Origin: a virus
IMG/VR virus record: IMGVR_UViG_3300032236_001391
Location: 3,522 to 67,521 of that record
DNA length: 64,000 bases
Reading direction: 5' to 3' (one strand)
Position numbers and translations under genes: made by a program. Of the stretch, positions 11,195 through 21,554 are shown piece after piece. The notes below the pieces were generated by a model. The model was not told the DNA's origin. It saw only the letters and a list, made by a program, of their open reading frames with translations, and did not search any database. Within the stretch, counting starts at the first letter, position 1; each line of letters starts with the position of its first letter.

Positions 11195-11866
11195 TTATAA
11201 TTTACCACGTTTGATGTTTCTATTTATTTTAGAACATAAAGGGCGTAAATTAGTATAATGGCTAAGTTTGATGAGATCTTGTTCGGAAGAAGCCGAAGAT
11301 ATCGGGATTATATGATCGATATCCCACCCGTAATTGTCCGCACCATTATACAAGCCGTGGTTATCCCATGTCATCCAAGGTTCAAATAAAGATTCTAAAT
11401 GTTGTTTGAAATGATCATAAGAACATCCTAAAATGATAGTTGTCTTATTTTTCTTAATAAAACTTCTACTTTTTAAAGCTCTATGTATATGCGATCTCAT
11501 AAGACATTCTATTTTATAAATAAAATCTGTTTTATATTTCAATAAACGTTTTTGATTTTTTATCGATTTATAATTTTGATCATATTTTCTTTTTCTATCT
11601 TTATACTTATTTTTATGTTTTTCTCTGCTTATTTTTTGTGATTTTTGATATTGTTCTATATTATCACGTTGATACTTTTTTTTATTCTCTATAATTTGAA
11701 TTCTATTGGATTGATAATAAGTATCATTAAATATTTTAATACATGATTTACATTTATAACTCAAGCCATCGCGAGAGCCTTTTTGTTTATTAAATTCGTT
11801 TAAAGATTTTGTGATACCACAAGATTTGCATATCTTTGTCATAATAAAAAAATCCCAACTGTTCAT
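11195..11866 (-). CDS. Free-standing HNH homing-endonuclease-like protein (likely start ATG 11842)
   Basis: N-terminal CxxC...CxxC; C-terminal WDIDHIIP...HYTNLRPL...N; inverted relative to neighbours. Confidence 0.75.
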   Translation of the reverse strand: MNSWDFFIMTKICKSCGITKSLNEFNKQKGSRDGLSYKCKSCIKIFNDTYYQSNRIQIIENKKKYQRDNIEQYQKSQKISREKHKNKYKDRKRKYDQNYKSIKNQKRLLKYKTDFIYKIECLMRSHIHRALKSRSFIKKNKTTIILGCSYDHFKQHLESLFEPWMTWDNHGLYNGADNYGWDIDHIIPISSASSEQDLIKLSHYTNLRPLCSKINRNIKRGKL

Positions 11867-11993
11867 CAGTACCAGTGATTACTAAGTTGAGATCTAAAAT
11901 AAAAATAAGTTTTAGTATTTACCTGGTACGTAAATACATATATAAATATCAGTATTTTTGGTTTTTTAAATATTTAATAATAAATATAAGAAT

Positions 11994-13346
11994 ATGACAT
12001 TAAAAGGATTATCTGCCTTCGGGCACCACTTTCAAATAAAGGTATTATATTCTTTATTAAACGATAAATTATTCCTACAAAAGATAGCAGATGTAATAAC
12101 ATCTGATTATTTTGAATCACCGGCGCATAAATGGATCATAGAAACTACTTTATCTTATTATGGAAAATATCATACTTATCCAACAATGGAAGTGATGAAA
12201 GTAGAAATCAAAAAAGAAAAGAATGAAGTCCTTCGCCTTTCTATTAAAGAAGAATTAAAGCAGGTATATACTACCACTCACGATGAAATCGATTATGTTA
12301 AAGAAGAATTTTTTAATTTTTGTAAGAATCAAAGGTTAAAAGAAGCTTTAATAAATTCAGTTGGTCTATTAGAAAGCGGAGAGTACGAAGGTATTCGTAA
12401 ATTGATCGACGAAGCCATGAAAGCTGGTAATGATAAGAATATAGGACATGAGTACGATAAAGATATTGAAAGTCGTTTTAGAGAAGAAGAAGATAATAAA
12501 ATACCTTTCCCATGGAAAGTATTTAACGATATTACAGACGGTGGAATTGGTACCGGTAATTTAATGTTATTATTTGCTCCTCCGGGTATAGGTAAATCTA
12601 CCGTAGTATGTAATATGGCAGCACATGTTATTAAATTGGGTTTCAAAGTAATTTATTATACTTTAGAACTTGACGAAAGGTATGTAGGTAAAAAGATAGA
12701 TTCTATATTAACCGGCATTGATATGAAGCTGTTAAAAAATCACAGGAAAGAAATAGAAAGCAAAATTCAATCAATACTTGGAAAAATAGTTATCAAAGAA
12801 TATTCTCCTGGCAGAGCATCATTGGACACCATAGAATCACATTTAAAACAATTAGCAGCTAATAATGATTTTTATCCGGATTTAATAATAATTGATTATC
12901 CAGATCTTTTAAAACCACGTAAAGCTAGGAAAGAATCTAAAGAAGAACTGGATGATATTTACACAGATGTTAAAGGATTAGCCAAAGATAATAAGATTCC
13001 AGTTATTTGTCCTTCGCAAATCAATCGTATGGGTGCAAAAGATGATATTATTGAAGGCGATAAAGTCGCAGGTAGCTTTCAAAAGATGATGATAGCAGAT
13101 TTTAGTGTATCTTTGTCTAGAAAAAGAAAAGATAAAATTAATGGTACCGGGAGATTCCATATTATGAAGTCTAGATTAGGACCAGATGGTATGACTTATT
13201 CTGCAAAAATTGATCTCAATAAAGGATATATTGATATATCGGAAGATCTATACGATGAAGACACTGAAAATCAATCAGATGATAGCGGAGGGGATTTTTC
13301 AAATAATGAACTTCAAAAATTGAAGAATAAATTTATAAGATCATAG
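11994..13346 (+). CDS. Replicative DnaB/gp41-like helicase
   Basis: Walker A APPGIGKS, YYTLEL, IIIDYPDLL, SQINR, KSRLG. Confidence 0.9.
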   Translation: MTLKGLSAFGHHFQIKVLYSLLNDKLFLQKIADVITSDYFESPAHKWIIETTLSYYGKYHTYPTMEVMKVEIKKEKNEVLRLSIKEELKQVYTTTHDEIDYVKEEFFNFCKNQRLKEALINSVGLLESGEYEGIRKLIDEAMKAGNDKNIGHEYDKDIESRFREEEDNKIPFPWKVFNDITDGGIGTGNLMLLFAPPGIGKSTVVCNMAAHVIKLGFKVIYYTLELDERYVGKKIDSILTGIDMKLLKNHRKEIESKIQSILGKIVIKEYSPGRASLDTIESHLKQLAANNDFYPDLIIIDYPDLLKPRKARKESKEELDDIYTDVKGLAKDNKIPVICPSQINRMGAKDDIIEGDKVAGSFQKMMIADFSVSLSRKRKDKINGTGRFHIMKSRLGPDGMTYSAKIDLNKGYIDISEDLYDEDTENQSDDSGGDFSNNELQKLKNKFIRS

Positions 13347-13371
13347 ACTCATAAGCACAGTATATATAAAC

Positions 13372-13402
13372 AAAAAAAGTTAGATTTTTTTGACTTTTTT
13401 TT
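13372..13402. terminator. AT-rich hairpin after helicase, terminator-like
   Basis: AAAAAAAGTTA ... TGACTTTTTTT inverted repeat. Confidence 0.35.
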
Positions 13403-13459
13403 AAAAAGGGTTTACTATTTATCTTTACGTTTAACAACTCACAAAAAACATATTACATT

Positions 13460-14455
13460 ATGAGCAAATTATTTACCGAAAGGATTCCATTTAAACCGTT
13501 CGAGTACCAGGAATATTATAACGAAGGTTGGTTAAAACAGATGCAAGCATTTTGGTTACATACCGAAATACCAATGCAGGGAGACGTTAAGGATTGGAAT
13601 GAAAATTTAAATGAATCTGAGAAACATTTAGTCGGTAATATCCTTTTAGGTTTTGCTCAAACAGAATGCGCAGTATCGGATTATTGGACAGGCATGGTAA
13701 CTAAATGGTTTCCAAAACATGAGATAAGGCAAATGGCTATGGCGTTTGGTTCACAGGAAACGATCCATTCAATAGCATATTCATATCTTAATGAAACATT
13801 AGGTTTAGATGATTTTGCTGGGTTCTTGCATGAGCCAGCAACAAAAGCGAGATTTGAATTATTAACCGAAACAACTGCTGATTGGACACCTCAAGATCTG
13901 GATACAAATCCACAAGCAAGAAAAGAAGTTGGCAAAAGTCTAGCTATATTCTCAGCATTTGCTGAAGGGGTATCTTTATATTCTTCTTTTGCGGTATTAT
14001 ACTCATTTCAAATGAGAAATCTTTTAAAAGGAATTGGTCAACAGATGAAATGGAGTGTTAGAGACGAATCTTTACATTCTAAAATGGGTTGTCAATTGTT
14101 TAGGCATATGTGTCAAGAGTTTCCTGAACTACTAAACGATGCTAGAAATGATATTTTTGAAGCAGCTAATTTAATTAGAGATCTAGAATTTAACTATATT
14201 GATAAAATGTTTGAGATGGGTGATTTAGAAAATCTTAAAAAAGATCATTTGAAACATTTTATTATACAGAGAATAAATGAAAAACTTAGAGAACTAGGTT
14301 ACGAAGGAACACTTGAATATGATAAAAATAAAGCAGCAGAATTAGATTGGTTTTATAATTTAGCGGGTGGTGTAACATGGACTGATTTTTTTGCTATAAG
14401 ATCAACCGATTATTCCAAAGCAGGTGAGGGGGAAGATTGGGATGATATATTTTAA
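13460..14455 (+). CDS. nrdB: Ribonucleotide reductase class I beta subunit
   Basis: FW...E, ETIH..AY, EG..LYSSF, RDESLH di-iron motifs, TDFF. Confidence 0.92.
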   Translation: MSKLFTERIPFKPFEYQEYYNEGWLKQMQAFWLHTEIPMQGDVKDWNENLNESEKHLVGNILLGFAQTECAVSDYWTGMVTKWFPKHEIRQMAMAFGSQETIHSIAYSYLNETLGLDDFAGFLHEPATKARFELLTETTADWTPQDLDTNPQARKEVGKSLAIFSAFAEGVSLYSSFAVLYSFQMRNLLKGIGQQMKWSVRDESLHSKMGCQLFRHMCQEFPELLNDARNDIFEAANLIRDLEFNYIDKMFEMGDLENLKKDHLKHFIIQRINEKLRELGYEGTLEYDKNKAAELDWFYNLAGGVTWTDFFAIRSTDYSKAGEGEDWDDIF

Positions 14456-14518
14456 AAAATAGTTCTATTATCTAATGGTTTTTCTACTTAACCTATATTT
14501 ATAATAAACAATTATACT

Positions 14519-15214
14519 ATGTATATTTATAAAACTACAAATTGTATAAACGGAAAAGTTTATATAGGAAAAAGTGAAAAATTATTTAATAAAAACTATT
14601 ATGGTTCTGGTATTTTATTAGAGAAGGCTATAAAAAAATATGGAAAAAGCAATTTTAAAATTGAAGTGTTAGAAGAATTGTTTACAATTGATGAATTAAA
14701 TGAAAGGGAAAAATATTGGATAGAATATTATTCAGGTAATTCGTATAATTTAGCTGAAGGTGGTACTGGTGGATGGACAACTAAACATTACTCATCTGAA
14801 CAAAAAGAAGTATATAGTAAATTGCTATCATCAAAACGAATTGGAAGAACACATACGATTGAAACAATTGAAAAACTAAAAAAAATGCATGCTGGTAAAA
14901 AATTTGGAGATAGTAAAAAGGTTAGTGAAACCATTAAAAAAATGTGGAATGACCCTAATTCAATATTTAACACTCCAGAATATAGAAAAAGATTGTCGGA
15001 AGCCGGTAAAAAAAGAGTTTGGACTGAAGAAACAAAAGAAAAAATTAGAAAAAGCAAATTAGGTTCAAATAGTCCGGTAGCAATTAAAATTGAAGTGGAT
15101 GGTTTATTATATGAAACAAGAAGAGAATGTGCTAAACATTTTGGTATAAGTGAACCCGCAGTTACTAAAAGATGTAAAAGCAAAAACTTTGAAAATTGGA
15201 AAATCATTAAATAA
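14519..15214 (+). CDS. GIY-YIG homing endonuclease with NUMOD3-like repeats
   Basis: YIYKTTN..NGKVYIG N-terminus; HT.ET.EKL and WTEETKEKIR repeats; free-standing between nrdB and nrdA. Confidence 0.85.
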   Translation: MYIYKTTNCINGKVYIGKSEKLFNKNYYGSGILLEKAIKKYGKSNFKIEVLEELFTIDELNEREKYWIEYYSGNSYNLAEGGTGGWTTKHYSSEQKEVYSKLLSSKRIGRTHTIETIEKLKKMHAGKKFGDSKKVSETIKKMWNDPNSIFNTPEYRKRLSEAGKKRVWTEETKEKIRKSKLGSNSPVAIKIEVDGLLYETRRECAKHFGISEPAVTKRCKSKNFENWKIIK

Positions 15215-15230
15215 AAAAATTAAATAGAGT

Positions 15231-17009
15231 ATGAAATATTACGGAGAAGAATTCGGTTGGGAAATAGGTGTCGACTACCCTGAGTGGGCTAACACAGAAA
15301 TATACATAAAAACAATTTCAAAAGGGTATTTACAGGAAGGTGAAAAACCAAAGGATGCATACTGGAGAGTATCAACAACAATTGCTAAAAGGTTAGGTAA
15401 ACCTGCATTGGCTACTAAATTCTTTGATTATATGTGGAAAGGTTGGTTATGTTTAGCCACACCAGTACTATCAAATACCGGCACAGACAGAGGATTGCCA
15501 ATATCATGTTTTGGTATTGATGTGGGTGATAGTATTTTTGAAATAGGAAACAAAAATTTAGAATTGATGCTACTCGCAAAACACGGTGGCGGTGTTGGCA
15601 TTGGGGTAAACATGATTAGACCAGCAGGTTCTAAAATTACTGGTAACGGTACATCCGATGGTGTTATACCATTTGTTAAAATTTATGACTCAACAATATT
15701 AGCAACAAATCAGGGTTCCGTTCGTAGAGGTGCTGCTTCTGTAAATATAAAAATCGAACATAAAGATTTTGAAGATTTCTTAGAAATCAGAGAACCTAAA
15801 GGTGATGTCAATCGCCAATCATTAAACTTACATCAATGTGTTGTAGTTAGTGATAAATTTATGAAAAAATTAGAAGACGGTGATCCTGAAGCTAGAAGAA
15901 AATGGGGTAAACTATTACAAAAAAGAAAAGCAACTGGCGAACCATATATCATGTTTAAAGGAAATGTTAATAAACAAAATCCTGACATGTATAAGAAAAA
16001 TGGTTTGAAAGTTCATATGACTAATATATGTTCTGAAATTGTTCTTCACACAGACGAACAACATTCATTTGTTTGCTGTTTAAGTTCACTTAATTTAGCA
16101 AAATACGATGAATGGAAAGATACTGATTTAGTTTACACTTCGACATTATTCTTAGATGGAGTTTTAGAAGAGTTCATCCAGAGAGCAAAAAACATGAAAG
16201 GATTCGAGAATGCGGTTCGTTCTGCTGAACGTGGTAGAGCATTAGGTTTAGGTGTCTTAGGTTGGCATACTTATTTACAACAAAAAGGTATTCCATTTGA
16301 AGGTCTTCTGGCTCAATTTGAAACCCGTAAGATTTTTTCTCAGCTAAAGATTGAAAGTGAAAGAGCAAGTAGAGATATGGCTAAAGAATACGGTGAACCT
16401 TTATGGTGTAAAGATTTCGGTATGAGAAATACACATTTACGATGTGTCGCTCCGACTGTTTCTAATTCAAAATTAAGCGGTAATGTAAGTAGCGGTATCG
16501 AACCATGGGCAGCAAATGTTTTCACAGAACAAACAGCAAAAGGAACTTTTATTAGAAAAAATCCTGAGTTAGAAAAAATACTACGTAAAATAGGTAAAAA
16601 TACTAAAGATGTTTGGGATCAGATTTTAGCAGATGGTGGTTCAGTATTAGGTCTAGATTTTTTAGATAAATGGTGTTTTGTTGATTCTAAAGCAGTTGAA
16701 ATAACTGAAGTTTCTGAAGAGAATAAATTTAAAATAGTCCCAGTTAAAGATGTTTTTAAGACATTTAAGGAAATAAATCAATTGGATTTAGTAAGACAAG
16801 CTGGTGTTAGACAACAATATATTGATCAATCTGTATCATTAAATTTAGCATTTCCGGCAATAGCTGAACCGAAATGGATAAATACTGTTCATTTAGAAGC
16901 TTGGAAACAAGGTGTTAAAACATTATACTACATGAGAACAGAATCAGTATTAAGAGGAGATATAGCAGCACAAGCAATGGATCCAGATTGTATTAGTTGT
17001 GAAGCATAA
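15231..17009 (+). CDS. nrdA: Ribonucleotide reductase class I alpha subunit
   Basis: ATPVLSN, PISCF, GGGVG, TNICSEI, APT.S.S, KTLYY, C-terminal CISC. Confidence 0.93.
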   Translation: MKYYGEEFGWEIGVDYPEWANTEIYIKTISKGYLQEGEKPKDAYWRVSTTIAKRLGKPALATKFFDYMWKGWLCLATPVLSNTGTDRGLPISCFGIDVGDSIFEIGNKNLELMLLAKHGGGVGIGVNMIRPAGSKITGNGTSDGVIPFVKIYDSTILATNQGSVRRGAASVNIKIEHKDFEDFLEIREPKGDVNRQSLNLHQCVVVSDKFMKKLEDGDPEARRKWGKLLQKRKATGEPYIMFKGNVNKQNPDMYKKNGLKVHMTNICSEIVLHTDEQHSFVCCLSSLNLAKYDEWKDTDLVYTSTLFLDGVLEEFIQRAKNMKGFENAVRSAERGRALGLGVLGWHTYLQQKGIPFEGLLAQFETRKIFSQLKIESERASRDMAKEYGEPLWCKDFGMRNTHLRCVAPTVSNSKLSGNVSSGIEPWAANVFTEQTAKGTFIRKNPELEKILRKIGKNTKDVWDQILADGGSVLGLDFLDKWCFVDSKAVEITEVSEENKFKIVPVKDVFKTFKEINQLDLVRQAGVRQQYIDQSVSLNLAFPAIAEPKWINTVHLEAWKQGVKTLYYMRTESVLRGDIAAQAMDPDCISCEA

Positions 17010-17039
17010 TATTTATCATCAATAGATATTTAAAAAAAA

Positions 17040-17071
17040 TTTGGTAAGTAATTAATATTTATCTAATTTTG
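17040..17071 (+). promoter_or_regulatory. Bacteroidota-type promoter
   Basis: TTTG, 20-nt spacer, TAATTTTG. Confidence 0.6.
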
Positions 17072-17084
17072 AAAAAAATAAATT

Positions 17085-17249
17085 ATGTCTACTATAGAAG
17101 CAATTCTTTTTTCTATTTTGTTTTTAACAAATGCATATTTTTTATATCTATTTGATATACAGAAAAAAATTAATGTTAAGTTATTAGATTTTTTAATAAA
17201 AATTTCAAAGTTACCAATAGTAAAAAAAGAACCCGAAGAAAAAAATTAA
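17085..17249 (+). CDS. Small hydrophobic protein (54 aa, not in ORF track)
   Basis: ATG 14 nt after promoter -7 box; open frame MSTIEAILFSILFLTNAYFLYLF... Confidence 0.5.
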   Translation: MSTIEAILFSILFLTNAYFLYLFDIQKKINVKLLDFLIKISKLPIVKKEPEEKN

Positions 17250-17255
17250 TTAGTT

Positions 17256-17480
17256 ATGAAAAAGAATTCATTAGTTATTTGCATTATAGGACACCCAGGT
17301 GTTCTAATAAAAGGAGAAATTTATACAGTATCTGAAATTACTAAACAAGGTAATGTAAGATTAGAAGAGGTAGAACCTCCTAAGCCTCATACTTCTTTCA
17401 AAAAAAATAGATTCATAGAAATTCAAGAGCCTATGGATGTAAATAAATTAATTGAAAATATAATAAGTTTACAACTATGA
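17256..17480 (+). CDS. Hypothetical protein
   Basis: 74 aa ORF overlapping dUTPase start. Confidence 0.5.
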   Translation: MKKNSLVICIIGHPGVLIKGEIYTVSEITKQGNVRLEEVEPPKPHTSFKKNRFIEIQEPMDVNKLIENIISLQL

Positions 17481-17905
17481 CAATAAAATTTAAAAAACTA
17501 AATGATCTTGCTAAAGATCCATTTTACGCCAGCGAAGGTGCATCCGGATTTGATATATGTTCTGTAGAGAATGTATTGATACCACCTAATGAAAGGAAAT
17601 TAATATCAACTGGACTTTCGATTGAAATACCTGAAGAATATGAATTGCAAATAAGACCCAGAAGTGGCTTTGCATATAAAAACGGAATAACTGTTTTAAA
17701 TACACCTGGAACTATCGATAGTGATTATCGTGGAGAAATTAAAGTTTTATTAATAAACCTAGGGTCAGTTAGTTTCATGGTAAATGTCGGAGATAGAATC
17801 GCTCAAGGAGTTATCATGGCTGTTCCTACTATAAAATTTGCACAGGTATATACACTATCTGAAACAGAAAGAGGTGCAGGTGGATTTGGTAGTACTGGTA
17901 AGTAA
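17477..17905 (+). CDS. dut: Trimeric dUTPase
   Basis: ASGFDI, RPRSG, GTIDSDYRGE, RIAQ, RGAGGFGSTG. Confidence 0.95.
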   Translation: MTIKFKKLNDLAKDPFYASEGASGFDICSVENVLIPPNERKLISTGLSIEIPEEYELQIRPRSGFAYKNGITVLNTPGTIDSDYRGEIKVLLINLGSVSFMVNVGDRIAQGVIMAVPTIKFAQVYTLSETERGAGGFGSTGK

Positions 17906-17920
17906 AAATAAATAAAGGTT

Positions 17921-20512
17921 ATGTATCAATCATTGTATTTTAATTATAAGACAAGGACATGTCATCTTCGAGATGATTCGGAAGGATGGTGTGAATTTGA
18001 ATATCATCCTACTTATTATAAAATTGATGCTAATGGTTCTTTTGAAACCTTAGATGGTAAAAGAGCAAATCCTACAAAAAAATATGATAAAGAAGATAAT
18101 AATCTTTATGAAAAAGATGTTGATAAGAATTTATCTATACTCCTTGATATTTACAGAGATATAGATGATGTTCCATCTTATCATAATAAGATATATCTAG
18201 ACATAGAAACAGAACGAGGAGAAGCTATTAATTTAGCATATTGTCAACGTGCTCCTGTTAAGATCACTTCTATTGCAATTTACGACGAAACAGGTGATCA
18301 TTATTATGCTTATGTATTAGATTCGTCCGGTCTCATGGAAAAATCTATCAATTCAGATATATCGGTTATACCCTGTTCTAATGAAGCTTCATTATTAGTA
18401 TCATTTCTCAATAAATGGACTGAAATAGATCCTACTATTATTGTTCATTGGAATGGAGATAATTTTGATATACCTTATCTTTATAATAGGATGAAAAAAG
18501 TATTAGGTCAATTTAAAGCTAATACTCTTTCTCCTTTAGGGATTGTGGAATTCGATGAAAGAGATCCTAAGATGCCCTATAAGATAGCAGGAGTCAATTC
18601 ATTTGACTATATGAGATTGTACAAGAAATTTATTCCAAAGCAACAACCTTCATATGCATTAGATGCTATTTGTCGAAAAGAATTAGGTAGAGGTAAAATC
18701 GAATATGAAGGATCGCTAGATAGACTCTTTAGAGAAGATGTACAAAAATTCATTGAATATAATATCAATGATGTTAGATTGATAGTAGATCTTGATAAAA
18801 AGAGAAAATTTATTGATCTGGCCATAATGGTTTGTCATTTGGGACATGTTCCTTACAATTATGTTTACGAATCATCAAGAGTAGTAGAAGGCGCCATCAT
18901 GACGTATCTTAAAAGAAAAGATATCGTTTCTCCCAATAAGCCTACTACAATAAATCCGGAATTGAAAAAGCAATTATCAGACGGTAATGAAGATAGTGAT
19001 GAAAAATTTGCAGGGGCTTACGTGAAAGATCCTATCCCTGGATTATACGGATGGAATTTTGACTTGGACATTGAATCGGAATATCCTAGTGCCGGCATCT
19101 TATTAAACGTAGGTATTGATACTTTTATGTTTAAAATATCAGTAGAAGATCCATGGGATGATTCGTGGAATTTGAATGATATGAAATTAAAAAATCCGGA
19201 TCAAACAGTTACAATAGAAAAGATAAACGGTGAAATAAAAGAAATTAAAATAGGTAAGCTTGTAAATGTCATTGAACATAATAAATTAACTATTTCACCA
19301 AACGGTGTTGCGTTTACTACTGATCAACCTAGTATACTAGCTGAGGTGATGGACTCATGGTTCTTGAAACGTAAGGAATTCAAGAAAACAATGATTAAAT
19401 ACGGCGAAGAAGGTAATCAAAAAATGTATGCTTTTTATGATTTGTATCAGCAAGTAATGAAAGTATTCTTGAATAGTATCTACGGATGCTTAGGTCTTAA
19501 GTCCTTTAGATACGCAGATGGTAAAGATTATCTGGCATCTGCGATAACTTCTACCGGAAGAGTTATTATTACTAGATCTGCAAATTTTGTTAATGAAAAA
19601 ATCAACAGGGAATATGATCAAACCGCAGAGATGAAGGATTACATATTGCAAAGTGATACCGATTCAATGTATATAGAAGCTTCTCCTATCCTTAAAAGAT
19701 TAGATATAAAAATATCGGAGCATGAGAAGGTTGTTCAAGAAGTTAGAAAGATTGCAAAAGAATTTTCTGACTCATTAAACAATTATTATGCTACTGAATT
19801 TACAAAAAAGCATTTTAACTCTGATAATAATAGGGTTAGAATTAAATCTGAAACAATAGCTAAATCTCTTTACATATCTGCTAAAAAACAATATGCTCAG
19901 TACATTGTAGATAAAGAAGGTGTACCGGTTGAAGATTTTGATTTTAAAGGCATGGATGTTATGAAATCATCTTTCCCTCCTGTATTTAGAAACTTCATGC
20001 AACAAGTAATAAAAGATATTCTTTTTGGTAAAGATAAAGCACACTTTGATAAAGTTATATTAGATTTCAGAGATAAATTTAGAGATCTTTCTTTACAAGA
20101 AGTTTGTAAACCTACCGGATTAAATAAATATACTGAGTATATTGCTAAGAAACCGGGTGCCGGTAGAATATTTACAGAAATCAAATTACATTGTCCAGTC
20201 AATACTAAGGCTGCGATTTATCATAACGATCTTTTGAAATTTAAAGGATTAGATAAAAAAATACCTTTCATTCAAGTCGGGGATAAAATAAAATGGATAT
20301 ACTTAAAAGAAAATCCATATAATATAGATGTTCTCGCAGTGAATGGGTATGAACCTTCTCAGGAAATATTAGAGATAATGGAAAAATATATGGATAGAGA
20401 AGCCATGTTTGATAGGAATCTAGTAAAAAAACTAGAAAAAATCTACGATAATTTGGGTTGGGGCTCGATTAATTTCAATTCTAATGTTGGTCGTTTCATG
20501 AAATTTATTTAA
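17921..20512 (+). CDS. Family B DNA polymerase with 3'-5' exonuclease (gp43-like)
   Basis: DIET, WNGDNFDIPY, YNINDV, DIESEYPS, K..LNSIYG, SDTDS, KKQY. Confidence 0.93.
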   Translation: MYQSLYFNYKTRTCHLRDDSEGWCEFEYHPTYYKIDANGSFETLDGKRANPTKKYDKEDNNLYEKDVDKNLSILLDIYRDIDDVPSYHNKIYLDIETERGEAINLAYCQRAPVKITSIAIYDETGDHYYAYVLDSSGLMEKSINSDISVIPCSNEASLLVSFLNKWTEIDPTIIVHWNGDNFDIPYLYNRMKKVLGQFKANTLSPLGIVEFDERDPKMPYKIAGVNSFDYMRLYKKFIPKQQPSYALDAICRKELGRGKIEYEGSLDRLFREDVQKFIEYNINDVRLIVDLDKKRKFIDLAIMVCHLGHVPYNYVYESSRVVEGAIMTYLKRKDIVSPNKPTTINPELKKQLSDGNEDSDEKFAGAYVKDPIPGLYGWNFDLDIESEYPSAGILLNVGIDTFMFKISVEDPWDDSWNLNDMKLKNPDQTVTIEKINGEIKEIKIGKLVNVIEHNKLTISPNGVAFTTDQPSILAEVMDSWFLKRKEFKKTMIKYGEEGNQKMYAFYDLYQQVMKVFLNSIYGCLGLKSFRYADGKDYLASAITSTGRVIITRSANFVNEKINREYDQTAEMKDYILQSDTDSMYIEASPILKRLDIKISEHEKVVQEVRKIAKEFSDSLNNYYATEFTKKHFNSDNNRVRIKSETIAKSLYISAKKQYAQYIVDKEGVPVEDFDFKGMDVMKSSFPPVFRNFMQQVIKDILFGKDKAHFDKVILDFRDKFRDLSLQEVCKPTGLNKYTEYIAKKPGAGRIFTEIKLHCPVNTKAAIYHNDLLKFKGLDKKIPFIQVGDKIKWIYLKENPYNIDVLAVNGYEPSQEILEIMEKYMDREAMFDRNLVKKLEKIYDNLGWGSINFNSNVGRFMKFI

Positions 20513-20524
20513 TTTTGTATTGTT

Positions 20525-21241
20525 ATGAGTATAAAAGAGTTATTAATATCATCGATTAGAAAAAACTTCTTAGATTTAACAGGAGTTGATGATTACTATA
20601 TCTTCTGGAAAGTAGAAGATAGAAAAATTAAACTTGGATCTTATGTGATTGCACATAAAAGTTCTACATTAAGTATAGTAGAAGTCGATCCTGTTTTTAT
20701 TCCAAATTCATCTGCTCTTATACGAGATCCAGGAAGGCTTTTAAAGATGTTAGCTATAACAAATGATAATCTCAAAATTGAAATTGCAGATAATAAAATG
20801 AAATTATCCGACGATGCATATGATTTGGAATTCATTTTATGCGACCAATCTACTGTTGGAATAAAGCTACCTTTGATAGAAGAACCATTATCTTATGATA
20901 TTATATTAGAAATCAATGATGATTTTGCTAATAAGTTCATATCAGCTAAAAATGCAAATAGTAGCGAAATAGTATCAGTTGAAGTTAAAGACAGAAAAGC
21001 TAAATTCGAATTAGGAGAAACTAATGGATATAGTAATAAAATTAAATTTTCGATAGAATTGGATGGTATGTTCGAAATGGAGAAAATTTTATTTTCATCA
21101 GATATTATAGAAGAAATATTCAAAAGAAATAAAAATTCCAATGGAAAGTTGTATGTTTGTGAAGATGGATTGATGATGATCGAATACCAGAAAGAAGAAA
21201 TTAAAAGTAAGTATTTTTTAGTAGCATTAGATAAATTATAA
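20525..21241 (+). CDS. Putative sliding clamp (gp45/PCNA-like)
   Basis: Size, beta/alpha pattern, C-terminal 'SKYFLV', position between PolB and clamp loader. Confidence 0.6.
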   Translation: MSIKELLISSIRKNFLDLTGVDDYYIFWKVEDRKIKLGSYVIAHKSSTLSIVEVDPVFIPNSSALIRDPGRLLKMLAITNDNLKIEIADNKMKLSDDAYDLEFILCDQSTVGIKLPLIEEPLSYDIILEINDDFANKFISAKNANSSEIVSVEVKDRKAKFELGETNGYSNKIKFSIELDGMFEMEKILFSSDIIEEIFKRNKNSNGKLYVCEDGLMMIEYQKEEIKSKYFLVALDKL

Positions 21242-21244
21242 ATT

Positions 21245-21544
21245 ATGAGTAAAACAGTTGCATTGCACGACAAAGTCGTATTAAAAAAGATTGATGAAGA
21301 AACAAAAATGTTAGGAGGTATTATTGTTCCTGATACCGGCAAAGAAAAATCTAATTACTTTGAAGTGGTTAGCGCCGGACCGGGGATGTATGATACTACT
21401 AATGGTAATTTCTTCCCCATGACAGTCACTCCAGGTGATAAAGTAATAGTTCCTAAATCATCCGTTACACAAATCATTGTTGATGGTGATGAATATTATG
21501 TTTGTAGAGAAGTAGAAATTTTAACAATTATTAAAGAAGATTAA
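21245..21544 (+). CDS. groES: Co-chaperonin GroES
   Basis: LHDKVVL, GGIIVPDTGKEK, VVSAGPG, V.PGDKV. Confidence 0.9.
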   Translation: MSKTVALHDKVVLKKIDEETKMLGGIIVPDTGKEKSNYFEVVSAGPGMYDTTNGNFFPMTVTPGDKVIVPKSSVTQIIVDGDEYYVCREVEILTIIKED

Positions 21545-21554
21545 AAAAGTAAAG

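Noticed and set aside
11994-20512. Inteins or introns in helicase, RNR or PolB
   Set aside because: Lengths and motif spacing are normal; no splice motifs noticed
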